A stretch of 64,000 nucleotides of DNA from Candidatus Omnitrophota bacterium (GCA_043821285.1 JBDRCZ010000029.1:14959-78958), one strand, 5' to 3'; positions 17,050 through 26,525 are shown, counted from the first letter of the stretch. Numbers and translations: made by a program. Notes: generated by a model from the letters alone, not told the origin.

Positions 17050-18298
17050 CGTTGATAAATATTTCTCTGATGACTAAACTTGCTGCCCCCAAGGCCACGG
17101 CATTTTCACCAAGACGCGAAGGAACAATTTTAACCATGCTCGCCGGTTCTTCAAATGCCATCCTTCTTACCATCCGTCTAATCGGCTCAAGTAAGAGATC
17201 CCCGGCCTGCTCCATCCCCCCGCCAATAACAACTATTTCCGGATTAAATAAGTTGATGAGATACGCCGTCCTGATCCCTAAGTTAAGTCCGGCTTCATCA
17301 ATAATCTCACTGGCGAGTTTATCGCCCTGACGCGCGGCTTCAATAACAACACTACCGTTAATTTTATCTAAGTTATTGCCAACAAGTTCACGGATTTTTG
17401 ACTCCTGATCGCCTTTAGAAAGCCTCTTGCGTGCTTCATCACTAATCCCTAAATCCACCCCCCAAGGTTTAAATAACCCCTCCAGACCTTTGGACCAGGC
17501 TGCATCCTTATTCGTATCTCCGGTAGAATTTAGCTGCAGTTCCCCGGCACTTCCGCCCGCACCGCAATAAATCTCTCCTTTAATAATAATCCCGCAGCCA
17601 ACATCTGAATACATATAAAGTATGTTTTCGATTTCTGCATCTAAGCCGATACGTTTCTCGCCAAACGCCGCCACCGTGGCATCATTGCCAATAAATGTCG
17701 GTATACCAAATTCTCTCTCAATCAATGCCTTAATCGAGGCATAACTTGCTGCGGTTTTTCCGCGTTTGGAATCAGTATCCCGGACCGTACCGGCCTTAGC
17801 ATCAATAACTCCGCACAGGCCAATACCCAGCCCTTTTATCTTCTTTGCCTCAACCTGAAATTTTTCCATGACCTCATAGACAAGTTCTATTGCCTTTGTT
17901 ACTACCTCCTCCATTGAGTCCTTTGGACGCGGCTTTTTAATCTTAATTATCATGTTTAAGGACAAATCCGTAAGTACCGCAATAAGATGCTGCGGGCCAA
18001 TATCAATGCCAATAACAAAACAGTTCTTTGAGTTTAGCTCGACTAAGGTCGGTTTACGTCCACCACTGGACACATCCAGCCCTTTTTCAATAATTAAGTC
18101 TTTTTTAATAAAATTATTCGCATAATTGGAAACCGTAACAATATTATACTTGGTAATGCGTGAAATTTCGGTCCGGGTAACCGGGCCATAACGTCTAATC
18201 ACCTCTAAAATATCTAAATTCTTCCTCTCCCGGTCCGACAATACCTGATCCTTGAATAACGCCTGCCGCATATTTCCCCTCCTCAATGAGCCCGCCAA
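17045..18298 (-). CDS. ROK family transcriptional regulator (NagC/Mlc/XylR-like)
   Basis: N-terminal wHTH (LEVIRRYGPVTRTEISRITKYNIVTVSNYANNFI) followed by a ROK sugar-kinase-like domain with Gly-rich segments (GIDIGPQH, GCGIIIKGEIYCGAGGSAGE). Confidence 0.85.
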   Translation of the reverse strand: MAGSLRRGNMRQALFKDQVLSDRERKNLDILEVIRRYGPVTRTEISRITKYNIVTVSNYANNFIKKDLIIEKGLDVSSGGRKPTLVELNSKNCFVIGIDIGPQHLIAVLTDLSLNMIIKIKKPRPKDSMEEVVTKAIELVYEVMEKFQVEAKKIKGLGIGLCGVIDAKAGTVRDTDSKRGKTAASYASIKALIEREFGIPTFIGNDATVAAFGEKRIGLDAEIENILYMYSDVGCGIIIKGEIYCGAGGSAGELQLNSTGDTNKDAAWSKGLEGLFKPWGVDLGISDEARKRLSKGDQESKIRELVGNNLDKINGSVVIEAARQGDKLASEIIDEAGLNLGIRTAYLINLFNPEIVVIGGGMEQAGDLLLEPIRRMVRRMAFEEPASMVKIVPSRLGENAVALGAASLVIREIFINA

Positions 18299-18642
18299 AA
18301 AACATGGCGGGCGAATTGATCCCGCAGCTTAAGGAGAAATTGTCGAAGAGAATTTCCCCTTGTCTAAGCAAGGGATCTTATTAAGATTATTCCTTAAATG
18401 AGCAGACAATTTACGGAGTGTCAGCTCCGTAAATTGCAGGACTACGTCCGTCTGCAAATTTAATTCCTGCCCGCCAATCCTTGTGGCGGGCGCCAATTCC
18501 ACCACAAAGCGCTGACGGATCTTCATCTTTGTGGCGGATAAGCTTATTTTTGCGCAGCAAAAATAAAAATTAATTCTTTTTAAAAGATACTTTTTAAATT
18601 TTTTTAACTTGTGTAATTATGATAACACAATTATAAATTAGT

Positions 18643-18672
18643 TGTCAAGCGTTATCCGTACAAAATATAATA
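18643..18672 (+). promoter_or_regulatory. near-consensus sigma70 promoter (TTGTCA, 18 nt, TATAAT) pointing into a family A repeat with no plus-strand CDS for about 680 bp
   Basis: ttgtcaagcgttatccgtacaaaatataat read directly. The next plus-strand CDS starts at 19355. Confidence 0.4.
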
Positions 18673-18693
18673 GTTGTACTTCTTTCACTCGCA

Positions 18694-18840
18694 ATAAAAA
18701 AATTCCTTCGGAATCTTTTTATCCATTTAAAAACCTTTCGTGTTAAAACCTTCCCTTAACAATGAATTAAATATACCAATCTATACCCCAATTCCCTTGT
18801 TATCCACAGATTGAAAATTTTATTGTTTCCTATACGTAAA
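18694..18840 (+). repeat. interspersed repeat family A copy
   Basis: About 90% identical to 16811-16958, including ttatccacagattgaaaat. Confidence 0.8.
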
Positions 18841-18942
18841 TAAAAATAGATGTCCGCCTTCTCTAATAAACCTGCATCCATGAGAACTGATATATCTAAG
18901 CAATTCTTTCCTTTTCATATACTTATTTGCTCTTCTTGAAAA

Positions 18943-18991
18943 TTAGCCCCGGGAGAAAATATCAACAGGCTCTGTTAAAAAACAATGTACC
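18943..18991 (+). repeat. short repeat family E copy 1
   Basis: ttagccccgggagaaaatatcaacaggctctgttaaaaaacaatgtacc, compared with 21932-21985 ggattaaccccgaaagaaaatatcaaccggttttgttacaaaaaaaatgtgcac. Confidence 0.45.
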
Positions 18992-19228
18992 AACTTAAAT
19001 TAGTATAAAACATATTTACTGCAATATTGTTTAATTGATATTCTGACGGAGCAAACAGGATAAAAAAAGACCGCGAGCAGAAAAAAATGACGAATGAAGA
19101 ACGCCAAAAGTAAAAACGCAAAAGAATAAAATTATCACACAAATCACACGAATTACACGAATAAATTAGTAATGAGTATTACGCATAAAAAATAAATAAA
19201 AAATTTTACCACAGAAAAAATACAAAAC

Positions 19229-19318
19229 CAGGCAGGATTAACGGGATAACCCTGATAAAAGGTAATCAGGATAATCATGTAAATCCTGTCAAAAAAATAT
19301 TTATTTGAATTTATTTGT
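19229..19318 (+). repeat. repeat family F copy 1 (caggatt...aatcctg inverted repeat, then ttaatcatgtaaatcctgtcaaaaaaatatttatttgaatt)
   Basis: Aligns to 27641-27735. Lies immediately upstream of the plus-strand ATPase gene. Confidence 0.5.
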
Positions 19319-19354
19319 ACTTTTTGCATTTTCGCTTGCATTTAGCAGCACTAT

Positions 19355-20521
19355 ATGGTATCCTCGAGATGTATGGTAAATAGAACCTTTTGGCAAAAGC
19401 AGATTGAAGCATTATGGAAAGAAAAATCTATCATCTGGCTCTCCGGCATCCGTAGAGCAGGAAAGACCTTTCTTTCTAAAAGTCTTCCGAATATCGAATA
19501 TTTTGACTGCGAATTACCCCGAACTCGCAGAATGTTAGAAGACCCTGAAGGATTTTTGGAAACGTTTAAAGAGAAACGCATTATTCTTGATGAAATTCAT
19601 CGTCTTAAGAATCCTTCAGAACTTCTAAAAATTGCTGCTGACTATTATCCTTCTATACAAGTACTGGCAACCGGCTCCTCTACTTTAGGGGCATCAAGAA
19701 AATTTAAGGACACCCTTACCGGCAGAAAACGCTCCCTTTGGCTAACACCAATGAATCTCAACGACCTCGCTGATTTTAATAATATAAATTTATCTCACCG
19801 CTTTTTACACGGAGGGCTCCCCCCGTTTTTTATGGCGCAAAAATTGCCGGAAAAAGATTTCCAAGAATGGATTGACGCTTACTGGGCAAAAGACATCCAA
19901 GAATTATTTCGCTTGGAACGCCGTTATTCCTTCCAAAGATTTTTTGAACTGCTTATGGCTCAAAGCGGCGGCATTTTTGAGGCTACAAGATTTGCAAAAT
20001 TGTGTGAAGTAAGCCGTACAACAATAACTAATTACCTTAAAGTACTCGAAGCAACCTTTGTTGCTCATGTGATCCGCCCATTCAGTTCCCACCGTCCAAC
20101 AGAAATTGTTTTAGCACCGAAGATCTACGGTTTTGATACTGGGTTCGTCTGTTACCACCGTGGTATAACCACATTGCGTTCTGAAGACATGGGACTCCTC
20201 TGGGAACATATTGTATTAAATGAACTTCAGGCAGAATTACAAACACGCAATATTTACTATTGGCGTGATAAACGCGGTCACGAGCTTGATTTTATTCTTA
20301 TACAAAAAAATAAAATTCCCCTGGCGATTGAATGTAAAAGCACATTAGCAGAAAACAGTATTCGAACACGAAACATCCAAGCCTTCTTAACCCAATACCC
20401 ACAAGCAAAAATATTTTATGTCTGTCCTGACGTCAAACGAGTCTATCAGATAAAACTAAAAACCACAAAAATCACAGTAACCAATCTTCCAACACTGCTC
20501 AAAGCACTAAACAACGCATAA
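19355..20521 (+). CDS. AAA+ ATPase of the COG1373 type (AAA_14 N-domain with DUF4143 C-domain)
   Basis: Walker A GIRRAGKTFL and Walker B ILDEIH. Length of about 390 aa and C-terminal region are typical of this family. Only sizeable plus-strand gene in the window. True start may be the Met at 19373. Confidence 0.75.
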   Translation: MVSSRCMVNRTFWQKQIEALWKEKSIIWLSGIRRAGKTFLSKSLPNIEYFDCELPRTRRMLEDPEGFLETFKEKRIILDEIHRLKNPSELLKIAADYYPSIQVLATGSSTLGASRKFKDTLTGRKRSLWLTPMNLNDLADFNNINLSHRFLHGGLPPFFMAQKLPEKDFQEWIDAYWAKDIQELFRLERRYSFQRFFELLMAQSGGIFEATRFAKLCEVSRTTITNYLKVLEATFVAHVIRPFSSHRPTEIVLAPKIYGFDTGFVCYHRGITTLRSEDMGLLWEHIVLNELQAELQTRNIYYWRDKRGHELDFILIQKNKIPLAIECKSTLAENSIRTRNIQAFLTQYPQAKIFYVCPDVKRVYQIKLKTTKITVTNLPTLLKALNNA

Positions 20522-20524
20522 TAA

Positions 20525-20692
20525 GTTTTATTTATAGAAAAATCAATTAAATTAGATAATTACTACATACCAACAAGACATCCTGATGCCTTACCGGGCA
20601 TATTACCAGAAGGGCTGCCCGGCAAAGATGATGCCGAGGAGGCAATATCGATTTTAGAAGAAGTAAAAGTTTTTGTGAGCAAAATTCGTTAG
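20525..20692 (+). pseudogene. C-terminal remnant (about 55 codons, no start) of a HEPN-domain gene
   Basis: In-frame translation gives VLFIEKSIKLDNYYIPTRHPDALPGILPEGLPGKDDAEEAISILEEVKVFVSKIR. This resembles the C-terminal consensus of HEPN (PF05168-like: Y-IP-RYPDA-P...EEA...A). It begins right after a stop codon abutting the ATPase gene. Confidence 0.45.
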
Positions 20693-20709
20693 TCAATTAT
20701 TCATGTAAA

Positions 20710-21804
20710 TTATCGATTCTTTAATATCCATTTTTTCCAAAATGGATCCTCGAGTTCAATCTTCCCGCCATTTATTTTTATTAACGTCCCTAAGGCAATT
20801 AATTTACTTACCACGCTGCCCGCGGTACTCGCTGACTTGATCCCATATTTTCTTATAAATTCCTGTGCCGTAGGATGAGAATTACCTGAAACAATCCCAA
20901 TAATAACCTTTCGTTCAGTATTAGTCAAACTGTTCCACCATCTCGAATAATCTGCATGATGTTCTGTTATAATTTGGTCAATAGCCTTATTTATTACCCC
21001 CTTTGTTAAAATCATTTTTTCACTTAGTATGTAGATCTCATGGCACAATTGCTGAGTATAATAAGGGTGGCAATTAGTAAAGCTTAGAATATCGTTTACA
21101 ATTTCACGAGCATCTATTTTTTGCGAAGAAAATCTTTTTATGACAAACTCTAAAAATTCCGCCTTAGGAATTTTATCCAAGTTAATATGACGGCCAAATT
21201 TATAGAAAGGGTTCTTTTTGTTTTGAAATATTTCCCGAATCATGCTCTCTTGACTTCCGATGAAAATATATGTTATGTTTTGATGATATTGAAATACCCC
21301 GCGCATCTTTCGCTCAAGCATCGGAGAAATCCGGCGTATTTCCTGAAATTCATCAAAAACAATTACAATCTGTTTTTTTATGTTTCTGGCAATCGTTTCC
21401 GGAAGTTGAAGGCTATCTGAGAGAAGAGCAGCAATGTTTCTTTTCTCTGTACTGAAGGACACGGAGATTTCATTCGTTTTTGGCTGAATCTGAATATAGG
21501 GCTGTATCTTTAGGCTGGTTAGGTAATGTTTTATCTTTTCAAACTTACTTAATGATAAGGCATTTCGAACATAATAATTAGCCAAGTCTACCTCATCGGC
21601 AATCAACTCCATATTAATCCTGAACCATTTCATCCCGCTGGCTTTCATTGCTTCATTTATAAGACTGCTTTTACCATAGCGGCGTGGGCTCATAAGCACA
21701 ATATGCTGGCCCGCCTTTAGCTCCGCAGCTATTTCTTTTATTTCTTTATCACGATTGGTGAAGTATGCCCCTGTTACGACATTACCAAATCTAAAGGGAT
21801 TCAT
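20710..21804 (-). CDS. AAA+ ATPase of the archaeal ATPase / DUF234 type (COG1672-like)
   Basis: Walker A SPRRYGKSSL and Walker B VIVFDEFQ. About 360 aa with a DUF234-like C-terminus. Confidence 0.7.
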   Translation of the reverse strand: MNPFRFGNVVTGAYFTNRDKEIKEIAAELKAGQHIVLMSPRRYGKSSLINEAMKASGMKWFRINMELIADEVDLANYYVRNALSLSKFEKIKHYLTSLKIQPYIQIQPKTNEISVSFSTEKRNIAALLSDSLQLPETIARNIKKQIVIVFDEFQEIRRISPMLERKMRGVFQYHQNITYIFIGSQESMIREIFQNKKNPFYKFGRHINLDKIPKAEFLEFVIKRFSSQKIDAREIVNDILSFTNCHPYYTQQLCHEIYILSEKMILTKGVINKAIDQIITEHHADYSRWWNSLTNTERKVIIGIVSGNSHPTAQEFIRKYGIKSASTAGSVVSKLIALGTLIKINGGKIELEDPFWKKWILKNR

Positions 21805-21839
21805 TTTAAGCCTCCTGTTTTATCATTACGTTAAATCTC

Positions 21840-21859
21840 GTTACGAAAAATATCGTAAC
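21840..21859. promoter_or_regulatory. perfect 7-bp inverted repeat GTTACGA-aaaata-TCGTAAC about 35-55 nt upstream of the DUF234 ATPase start; candidate operator
   Basis: Read directly. The half-site motif ttacg also occurs just upstream (cattacgttaaatctcgttacg). Confidence 0.35.
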
Positions 21860-21931
21860 ACACATCTCTCAATTTGTCAACGCAATAATATATTCGCGTA
21901 AGTGTTTAAGTTTCACATGAGTAATCAAACA

Positions 21932-21985
21932 GGATTAACCCCGAAAGAAAATATCAACCGGTTTTGTTACAAAAAAAATGTGCAC
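21932..21985 (+). repeat. short repeat family E copy 2
   Basis: See 18943-18991. Confidence 0.45.
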
Positions 21986-21999
21986 TTATTGCTGTCTCT

Positions 22000-22212
22000 T
22001 CATGCATTCAAGGCAAGTTTATGTGCCTTTTGTTCAACTGTGTAAATTAAATCTTGAATGGTATCTACTTCTTGCTCTTCAAAATATGCTTCCCCACACT
22101 GTTCACATATCCAAGCAGGAACACTATCGAAGGTTACGTGACAGCCATTTTTATCAATATGAAGCGGCGTAATTCCTTGTTTCATGATACCATGGCAATG
22201 AATACATTTCAT
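22000..22212 (-). CDS. YgiT-type zinc-finger protein (MqsA N-terminal-like)
   Basis: MKCIHCHGIMKQGITPLHIDKNGCHVTFDSVPAWICEQCGEAYF matches the YgiT pattern of two Cys pairs with NG..V and VPA..C..CGE. Confidence 0.6.
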   Translation of the reverse strand: MKCIHCHGIMKQGITPLHIDKNGCHVTFDSVPAWICEQCGEAYFEEQEVDTIQDLIYTVEQKAHKLALNA

Positions 22213-22646
22213 TTTTTTATCCTCACTTTATAGTCCTCAGACCATTCCTTAGGGTCTGAGATATACGCTGTAATTATAGCAAATTTTGGCACTGCATATC
22301 AAGTTCTTATTGCTTAAACTCTTTTAAAAACGTTGTCTTATAAACTTGCCTTGCTACAAAAATAATATCTATTTCTGGTTGGCTAATTTCTTCTTGTACT
22401 TTTTTAGAATAAGGCGGTTAATTATCATGTTGACCAACATTACCTATTCGGTAAAAAAAGTTAATATTTATTTTTCCAATCTGCTTACTTTTAGAGATTT
22501 TGGGAATGTTAGAATCGGGAATTTTGAATTTGCAATTTAAATCAGAAATTGTTAAACCCGAATATTTGCCGATAATCTTTGCTTCTGGCTGGGCTGGGTT
22601 GGGTTTTAGGGGTGAGAGTACGTGTAAAAAATATAGCGTTTGTACT

Positions 22647-25600
22647 TTATATTGCTTGGTCTATTGCGAGTACGCGTTGTCTTTGTTCGACAGTTAACAC
22701 ATGGGAAGAAGATATAATTTTGACTGGTAGTGTCCATCGCCTGATTATTACTTCTCCTTCTAAAGGCTCTTGTTCATCGCCTGCAGCCAGATCTTTTTCC
22801 CGCGAATATCCCGAATATCTATCTTCCATTGCCTCAAGAAGAGCCTCAAAATCTCTCTCACGTTCTGTTCTATTTTGTAAATACGTTAAGCTAAATACAA
22901 GCATCTCCCTAAAAGCAGGAATCTGCTCTCCTCGATCCTGTATCGCCATGTTATCAAAAAATCTGTGGATATTTTCTATGGCTGCTCTTGCCGCTTCATG
23001 TCGTCCTCGTCTACTTTTCCCCTTTTCTGCTTCATCATCTTCAAAAACTGCGTTATAATGATGCACAAATTTACGTCGCCACTTTTGTTTTTCTTCTTCC
23101 CTCCCTATTGTTGCAAAGAAAACATATGTGCTTAAATCTGCGATAAATTCTGCAATTTCCAACGCTTGCTCAAAGGAAAAAGTATCACAAAACAAATCTT
23201 CAATATTATGGCCTAATTCATGGGCAAAAACACCAAATAAGTCCCCACCCCAGCTATACTCGCGAATAATATCCCGGCGGCCTATATCAAAATCAGCGTT
23301 CGCAGTACCCCCAAAAAAACTAAATAAAACATCAAGTAAAGCAGTTTTATTCATAATTTTATTTACTATATCATGCATCTGCTCTCTACTTATCTCAATT
23401 TCCAGCTCTAAGCCCTTAAAAATAATAATCCAAGTTGCTATATAATATGCCTTTACTGTCTCATTGAGCCAAATATTATCATCTGGTAATAAATCGCTTG
23501 CCTGCATAGTACGTTTGGCATTTAATAAATTGATAGCTAAATCTAAAACTCTATCTTCCATATCCTCATCAGGTAATAAACCATATACATAAATTCTAAG
23601 TTCACCAGGAAGATCTTCATTGTCAAATATCGTCCTTACCACTTGTTCATATGAATCTCCCTCTATGATATTTTTGTCAATTTGTAAATACTTTGCGAAT
23701 CTCTCTAATACAAACCCCAGTAATTCTTTAGATTTTAATTCTCTACAAATCTCTACAAGTCTATTTAGGACAAGTATGTTACCTCTTTTAGATAAATTTT
23801 GATTGTCAATTATTTTCTTTAATAGAGTAATTGCCTCGGACTCTTCTCTTCTGGCTAACCTTACAACAATATCTATAGCTCCTTCATCGTCCCTATGATC
23901 TAAAAACCATGCTTCTAAGCCCGCAGGCATAAGCTCTCTTAACAAGCTACGGCAAAAAACTTTTGTTTCTTCAGAAGATCCAGAACTCTCTGATATGTCC
24001 ATCAAAAGCTCAACAGCACCATATTTCCCTGAAGACCTGCCCTCTGCAATTTCTTTTAAAAGATTAAGCGCTGGTTCATTTCCTTTTTCTGCCAGTTTTC
24101 TAATTTCCTGATATGCTTCACGCTTATCATTTTCAAGAGCAGGTTTTAATATATTTAGAACAAAGGGTAATAATAAAGATATCTTATCTTTTATATACGA
24201 GTTATCAGAAACAAACCCATCTTCTATAAGTTTTCTAACTACATTATATATTGCTGTATTATGTTTACTAACCGCATCATCTATTCTTACATTATCTCCT
24301 TCTCTAACTATCTCATTCATATTTAGTTCTAATACCGAGATAACAGAAGGTAAAGTTGCAACTGCTAAATCCTTAGCTTGAGCTGTGACCCGGGGGAAAT
24401 CACCTCTAACATAAGGGGCATCTCCTTGTTCTTCAAAGATAACATCTGGACTAACCGCAATATCAACAATAGTATTAATTGCCGTATGTTTTTCCCTTGA
24501 ATCTCCTAACGCTATTTCTTGCAAAATATCCAATCCTTCTTTAATGCCTCGTCTCGCTAATTGTCTTACTACGTTGCCTCCTTCATAAACACCATCTTCA
24601 AAATCAGATTTTAATGATTCTAATATTACAGGTGTCCAAGGCGCTGTAATTTCCAAATCCTCGATTAATATCGCTCTTGCCATACCATATAACATTGTTT
24701 CGATATGACTATCATCTATTGAGGATACTAATTGATAAAATCGTTCTGTTGTTTCTGTTGGGGCAGGGCTATCTTCAAGAGAAATAAAAATACTCACTAC
24801 AACCCACTGAGGTAATCTTAACTCTGCTAATCTAGACTTAAGTCTAGTAAACCATGCTGGAAAATCAGTACTACTATCTCCATTATTCGTCAGTGGAGTT
24901 AAGTTAAACAAAGGAGCAATGATGCCGTTGTACAAAGCATGCAATCCTCCACCCCAGATGAAGATTGATATTTCCGGAAAACGATGTGCGGATGCAAATA
25001 CTAAACCTGTGATAAGTGCAGCGGCAACAGATCGGTGTAGGAATTGTCTCCATGTCTGCTCGTACCATGTTAAATCTGTTTCTGTTGGTATCCCATGAGT
25101 TAAAGTTACTAACAATGCACTTATACCCACAATTATCGGTATGACAGGAATAAAACTACTAAGCCCCATAGCAATACCCGGCAGGAAAATAAGTTCAAGC
25201 CAAGGCGCAATAAAAGTTGAAAATTCCCGAGTATCTGTCCCTTGCCTGGCTCGGTCAAAAGCCACTTTCCAAGGCATCCTTAGAATTTGCGCGGGTTGTT
25301 GGATGTATGAAATATAATGATGTGCCGCAAGACTAGATGTTGCTACTAAAACAGCAGGCTTGTAAGGTAATAAAACCTTTAATATTTCACAAATAAAAGA
25401 ACCAAGCCAAATACCCCCCGCAAAAACATAAGTCCACAAGGGAAGTGTAAGATTAGCCTTTTGCCCCTTATGCCCAGTAGCAGAATTCTGATCGATAATT
25501 TCTTCTTCACTAAAATATTCCCTAAGTTCTTCTAAAGAAAGCAGATCCCCTATATCATTTATTCTTCCCAACACCCAACAATCCTCAAAATATTCCCTGT

Positions 25601-26525
25601 GTTTTTTTGAAGAAAGTACCTCTTCATTATCTTTTCCTTCAATCAGCCAATAAAACTCATTTAGTATTTCACACAGTTTTTCTTGAGCATCAGCAAGCCC
25701 CCTTATCCCCTCTGCACCAATATCTACAAAGTACACATGCGGTTTGCCATTTTTAAATCTTACCCTAAAATTCCATGCAGGAATATCCCAAAAATAAATA
25801 CCTTCTCCACTATCATCCGGCTTTGCAAGTTCATCCATTATTTTCAGAATTTGTCTCCCAACTTCTTTGTAAACTTCTTCACTCGTTACCTTGTACATGG
25901 CAGAATCCAATTCTTCTTCTCCTACAGGGGATGCACAAACGTAATATCTACCGCTGAATTCGTCTTTATCTATAAATAATTCAGGAACATGTTCCTTAAG
26001 AATTTCTGAGTGTTTTTGTCTTTCTGCAATACGTTGGGCTAAATTATAATTCTCGTTGCCTAAACGTAAGCAGTATTCTTTATGGTCTTCATCTTCGACT
26101 CTGTAAACATGTTGAAATTTATCATGATAAATAATTCTAAATATTTCACCATTTATAAAAAATACTCTATTAATTACAAATTGATTATTCTTATAATAAA
26201 CATGAAAATCAGGTAATTCTTTATTAACCCTGTATTCCTTCCTCGCAAGCCCAATTGCTTCTTCCGCTTCAACCCCTATTACAACTCCTTTATCTGTTTT
26301 ATGGCATCTTACAATCTTCGGATTTATATATTGCTGTAATATTACAGGCATTGCCTCAATAACAAGAGCAACATCCTGTCCATCAAGTGCTAACGGAGGG
26401 GCAAGGTGGGTATGCAAGCCTTTTAGGTTACCTCCAGCGGCCAAGGAGATGTCCATGCATAAAAAGGCATTCACCAATATTATCGCGATTAGTTTAAACC
26501 AAATTGTACGTGTCAAATTATTCAT
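22647..26525 (-). CDS. large (1,292 aa) signal-peptide protein with a polytopic TM block carrying CPBP/Abi-like FxxxH and HxxxN motifs, HEAT-like repeats and a C-terminal HExxH (AHELGHN) zincin-like motif
   Basis: N-terminal hydrophobic signal (IWFKLIAIILVNAFLCMDISLAAGG). TM-rich residues about 370-560 contain FASAH and GGGLHALYN. HEAT-like helical repeats span about residues 650-1000. HELGH falls at plus 23222-23236. Confidence 0.75.
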   Translation of the reverse strand: MNNLTRTIWFKLIAIILVNAFLCMDISLAAGGNLKGLHTHLAPPLALDGQDVALVIEAMPVILQQYINPKIVRCHKTDKGVVIGVEAEEAIGLARKEYRVNKELPDFHVYYKNNQFVINRVFFINGEIFRIIYHDKFQHVYRVEDEDHKEYCLRLGNENYNLAQRIAERQKHSEILKEHVPELFIDKDEFSGRYYVCASPVGEEELDSAMYKVTSEEVYKEVGRQILKIMDELAKPDDSGEGIYFWDIPAWNFRVRFKNGKPHVYFVDIGAEGIRGLADAQEKLCEILNEFYWLIEGKDNEEVLSSKKHREYFEDCWVLGRINDIGDLLSLEELREYFSEEEIIDQNSATGHKGQKANLTLPLWTYVFAGGIWLGSFICEILKVLLPYKPAVLVATSSLAAHHYISYIQQPAQILRMPWKVAFDRARQGTDTREFSTFIAPWLELIFLPGIAMGLSSFIPVIPIIVGISALLVTLTHGIPTETDLTWYEQTWRQFLHRSVAAALITGLVFASAHRFPEISIFIWGGGLHALYNGIIAPLFNLTPLTNNGDSSTDFPAWFTRLKSRLAELRLPQWVVVSIFISLEDSPAPTETTERFYQLVSSIDDSHIETMLYGMARAILIEDLEITAPWTPVILESLKSDFEDGVYEGGNVVRQLARRGIKEGLDILQEIALGDSREKHTAINTIVDIAVSPDVIFEEQGDAPYVRGDFPRVTAQAKDLAVATLPSVISVLELNMNEIVREGDNVRIDDAVSKHNTAIYNVVRKLIEDGFVSDNSYIKDKISLLLPFVLNILKPALENDKREAYQEIRKLAEKGNEPALNLLKEIAEGRSSGKYGAVELLMDISESSGSSEETKVFCRSLLRELMPAGLEAWFLDHRDDEGAIDIVVRLARREESEAITLLKKIIDNQNLSKRGNILVLNRLVEICRELKSKELLGFVLERFAKYLQIDKNIIEGDSYEQVVRTIFDNEDLPGELRIYVYGLLPDEDMEDRVLDLAINLLNAKRTMQASDLLPDDNIWLNETVKAYYIATWIIIFKGLELEIEISREQMHDIVNKIMNKTALLDVLFSFFGGTANADFDIGRRDIIREYSWGGDLFGVFAHELGHNIEDLFCDTFSFEQALEIAEFIADLSTYVFFATIGREEEKQKWRRKFVHHYNAVFEDDEAEKGKSRRGRHEAARAAIENIHRFFDNMAIQDRGEQIPAFREMLVFSLTYLQNRTERERDFEALLEAMEDRYSGYSREKDLAAGDEQEPLEGEVIIRRWTLPVKIISSSHVLTVEQRQRVLAIDQAI

